DNA of 64,000 nucleotides from Agarilytica sp. (GTDB lineage Bacteria; Pseudomonadota; Gammaproteobacteria; Pseudomonadales; Cellvibrionaceae): NCBI GenBank assembly GCA_045430285.1, contig JAILXV010000001.1, positions 236,387 to 300,386 of the forward strand, read 5' to 3'. Shown piece by piece: positions 61,127 to 64,000 of this stretch (position 1 is its first letter; each line of letters starts with the position of its first letter). The notes under the pieces were generated by a model. It saw only the letters and a program-made list of their open reading frames with translations, ran no database searches and was not told where the DNA came from. The position numbers and the translations under genes were made by a program.

Positions 61127-61372
61127 ATGGTAACAATTCGATTAGCTCGCGGCGGCTCTAAAAAGCGTCCTTTTTACCACATTTCAGTTACTGACAGCCG
61201 TAAGTCTCGTGACGGTCGTTTTCTTGAGCGTGTAGGTTTCTTTAACCCTGTTGCGCGTGGCCAAGAAGAGCGTATGCGTTTAGATCAAGCGCGTTTCGAT
61301 CATTGGGTTGGCCAAGGCGCCCAAGTATCTGAACGTGTAGCTAAGCTTGTTAAGGGGTTCGAGGCCGCTTAA
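61127..61372 (+). CDS. rpsP: 30S ribosomal protein S16
   Basis: [17 protein letters not shown]. Confidence 0.99.
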   Translation: MVTIRLARGGSKKRPFYHISVTDSRKSRDGRFLERVGFFNPVARGQEERMRLDQARFDHWVGQGAQVSERVAKLVKGFEAA

Positions 61373-61402
61373 GCCTTAACCTAAAAAGCTAGAAGACACT
61401 CG

Positions 61403-61942
61403 GTGACAGATAAGCGTTCGAACTTAATCAACGTCGGGCGTGTTTCCGGGGTTTTTGGTGTGAAGGGTTGGGTGAAAATAAACTCCAGCACTGAACCCAG
61501 AGAAAATATATTAGAGTACAAGCCGTGGTGGTTGAAAACGCGGCATGGCGTGAAAACGCTGGAGGTCGCGGAATATAAAGTCCGAAATGATGACCTCATT
61601 GTCCGTTTTGACGGGGTTGATGACCGCGATCAAGCTGCTCAGTACAGTTTGGTCGATATTGCCGTTGAGCGGACGCAGTTACCTGAGTTGGGTGTCGGAG
61701 ATTATTACTGGGACCAATTGATAGGGTTAACAGCGATCAGTGAATTTGAAGGGTCGCAGTATGAGCTGGGAAAAGTAAGTCGGCTTATGGAAACAGGCGC
61801 AAATGATGTATTAGTCATTTCAGCGACTGAGAATAGTTTTGATGATCGCGAGCGTTTGGTGCCGTATGTGTTTCAGCACTACGTCACACTGGTTGATTTG
61901 GACGCTGGTGAAATTCGAGTCGCTTGGGATCCTGAATTCTAG
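61403..61942 (+). CDS. rimM: Ribosome maturation factor RimM
   Basis: G.FGVKGWVK, ETGANDVLV; operon position. Confidence 0.97.
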   Translation: MTDKRSNLINVGRVSGVFGVKGWVKINSSTEPRENILEYKPWWLKTRHGVKTLEVAEYKVRNDDLIVRFDGVDDRDQAAQYSLVDIAVERTQLPELGVGDYYWDQLIGLTAISEFEGSQYELGKVSRLMETGANDVLVISATENSFDDRERLVPYVFQHYVTLVDLDAGEIRVAWDPEF

Positions 61943-61969
61943 CCCTCGAAAAACCTGAAGGAATACAAC

Positions 61970-62731
61970 GTGCGTGCTGCCGTGATTACATTATTTCCTG
62001 AAATGTTCAGTGCATTGACGGAAAGCGGCATCACCCGAAGAGCCACAGAAAATGGCTTGTTTGAATTGCACTGCATAAACCCTCGCGATTTTGCAGATGA
62101 CAAACACCGCACCGTCGATGATCGACCATATGGTGGCGGACCAGGAATGGTTATGCGTGTCGCGCCTTTGAAGGGAGCGTTAAACGCAGCGAAAGAAAAA
62201 CTGCAGGCAAAGCGTTCCGATTCGGAGTCGAGTAAACCAAAAGTTATATATCTTTCACCTCAAGGAAAGCGGCTCGACCAGCAGAGTGTGAAAGCAGTAT
62301 CGCAGCATGAAGATCTCATTTTGATCGCTGGGCGATATGAAGGCATCGATGAACGTTTTATTGAATGCGAAGTCGATGAGGAGTGGTCCATAGGGGACTA
62401 CGTGCTCAGCGGTGGAGAGTTACCCGCGATGGTATTGTTGGATGCTGTTATTCGACTTTTACCAGGCGCATTGGGCGATGCTCAATCCGCAGAGCAAGAT
62501 TCCTTCGAAAATGGATTATTGGATTGCCCGCATTACACGCGGCCCGAGTCTTTAAGCGGACGCCAGGTGCCGGACGTGTTGTTATCGGGGGATCATAAAA
62601 AGATTGCAACATGGCGTGAGCAGCAGGCCCTAGGGCGCACAGCAGAACGTCGGCCAGACTTACTGGCAAAATTAACGTTAACAGAGGCTCAGCAAGCGTT
62701 ATTGGATAAATACCTCAAAGGTGTCCCTTAA
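61970..62731 (+). CDS. trmD: tRNA (guanine37-N1)-methyltransferase
   Basis: [37 protein letters not shown]. Confidence 0.99.
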   Translation: MRAAVITLFPEMFSALTESGITRRATENGLFELHCINPRDFADDKHRTVDDRPYGGGPGMVMRVAPLKGALNAAKEKLQAKRSDSESSKPKVIYLSPQGKRLDQQSVKAVSQHEDLILIAGRYEGIDERFIECEVDEEWSIGDYVLSGGELPAMVLLDAVIRLLPGALGDAQSAEQDSFENGLLDCPHYTRPESLSGRQVPDVLLSGDHKKIATWREQQALGRTAERRPDLLAKLTLTEAQQALLDKYLKGVP

Positions 62732-62810
62732 CGATTGAGAGAGTAGCTAAGAATTACCAAATAAAGAATTGTATAGCCGAGAGGCTTGACTTGCTAACCA
62801 GGAGCAAACC

Positions 62811-63167
62811 ATGAGTTCTAGTAACAAAATTATTCAAGAACTGGACAACGAGCAGCTTAAACAAGACGTTCCAGAATTTAGCCCAGGCGACACTATTGTT
62901 GTTCAGGTTAAAGTAAAAGAAGGTAACCGCGAGCGTTTACAGGCATTTGAAGGTGTTGTTATCGCTAAGCGTAATCGTGGTATTAATTCTGCGTTTACCG
63001 TACGTAAAATCTCTCACGGTATCGGTGTAGAGCGTACGTTCCAATTGCATAGTAAATTGGTAGATAGCGTTGCGGTTAAGCGTCGTGGTGATGTACGCCA
63101 AGCGAAGCTTTACTACTTGCGTGAATTGACGGGTAAAGCAGCTCGAATCAAAGAGAAGCTCGGTTAA
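62811..63167 (+). CDS. rplS: 50S ribosomal protein L19
   Basis: [27 protein letters not shown]. Confidence 0.99.
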   Translation: MSSSNKIIQELDNEQLKQDVPEFSPGDTIVVQVKVKEGNRERLQAFEGVVIAKRNRGINSAFTVRKISHGIGVERTFQLHSKLVDSVAVKRRGDVRQAKLYYLRELTGKAARIKEKLG

Positions 63168-63220
63168 GTTCTATTTAGTATATGACGGCCATAATGACCT
63201 TGTTCACTATGGCGTGTTTA

Positions 63221-63242
63221 AAGCGGCTTCGGCCGCTTTTTT
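63221..63242 (+). terminator. Rho-independent terminator of the rpsP operon
   Basis: AAGCGGC-TTCG-GCCGCTT-TTTT. Confidence 0.9.
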
Positions 63243-63361
63243 CGTATTTGGCTATCAGTTTAAAGCTTCAGTTTTTTGTCTTTGTTCTAGTGCACGCCGT
63301 TTTTCATGGAACCATGCTAGACTTCGGCTATCAAAATAAAGATCAAACCCGTTTAGGAAAT

Positions 63362-64000
63362 ATGCCTGTGTCTTTAATAAAACAACTATCAATGCTCGTT
63401 CTTATCTTTTCATTTGCCGTACTTGTCGGTTGTCAGGGTGCGAATGGCACTAAAGCTGCGGATGATACCGCTTCTGTTGACGCGAAAAGCGCTATTGGTG
63501 ATGAGCAAAAATCGGAAGACTTTAAGGCGCAGATTGCCGATCGATTCAAGATTGCGCGTGGTGATTTAGTTGTTGATGATGTTCAGCCTGCCGAAGCAGA
63601 AGGGGTTTACCAAGTTTCCTTTAAAGATCGTGGCAGCGTTTATCTGCTAGACGATGGTCAGCACTTCTTCGTTGGGGATTTATATCAGCTTCAAGAAGGA
63701 CGAATTCTTAATGTCACAGAACAAAAGAAAAATGGCCCGCGCGCTGAGTTAATGGCGGGTATTAGTCGGGACGATATGATTGTTTTTTCACCTGAAGGCG
63801 AGGTGAAAGCCAGCGTTATTGTATTTACTGACGTTGATTGTGGTTACTGCCGTAAATTGCATCGTGAAGTTCCCGAAATGAACAAGCTAGGTATCGAAAT
63901 TAAATACCTGGCGTACCCACGGGCGGGAGTGGGCTCTCCTTCGTATAATAAGATCGCGTCTGCATGGTGTGCAGATGATCGCAACGCTGCTCTGACAGCG
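63362..64000 (+). CDS. dsbC: Thiol:disulfide isomerase DsbC, 3'-truncated by the window end
   Basis: Hand-translated frame from ATG 63362 stays in frame through VFTDVDCGYCRKLH (CGYC at 63839-63850) and YLAYPRAG; the N-terminus has a lipobox LVG-C. Confidence 0.92.
   Translation, partial: MPVSLIKQLSMLVLIFSFAVLVGCQGANGTKAADDTASVDAKSAIGDEQKSEDFKAQIADRFKIARGDLVVDDVQPAEAEGVYQVSFKDRGSVYLLDDGQHFFVGDLYQLQEGRILNVTEQKKNGPRAELMAGISRDDMIVFSPEGEVKASVIVFTDVDCGYCRKLHREVPEMNKLGIEIKYLAYPRAGVGSPSYNKIASAWCADDRNAALTA

Overview
Chromosomal window from a marine Gammaproteobacterium. Gene order (gltA divergent from sdhCDAB-sucAB-lpd-sucCD; ypjD-ffh-rpsP-rimM-trmD-rplS-dsbC; gltX-tRNA-Ala) and acidic secreted enzymes with Thr/Pro or Gly linkers suggest a Cellvibrionales-like organism; the taxonomy is inference. 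The right half is mostly core genes. The left half and the 50.3-54.5 kb block are accessory and carry the most interesting items: (1) a 1059-aa-ORF secreted PHB depolymerase with two complete, different catalytic domains, plus a second depolymerase and a TonB-dependent receptor nearby; (2) a GT39/PMT-type protein O-mannosyltransferase and a divergent second GT-C protein, next to secreted enzymes with Pro/Thr linkers; (3) a secreted ETX/MTX2 (aerolysin-like) beta-pore-forming protein; (4) a lipoprotein plus TonB receptor operon under a four-repeat Pho box; (5) a six-gene DedA/ATP-grasp/YHS/DoxX/DinB/NRDE operon of unknown function; (6) an unannotated 26-aa membrane peptide. No integrase, IS element or CRISPR array was seen. 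All family calls come from motif recognition by eye; no database search was run.
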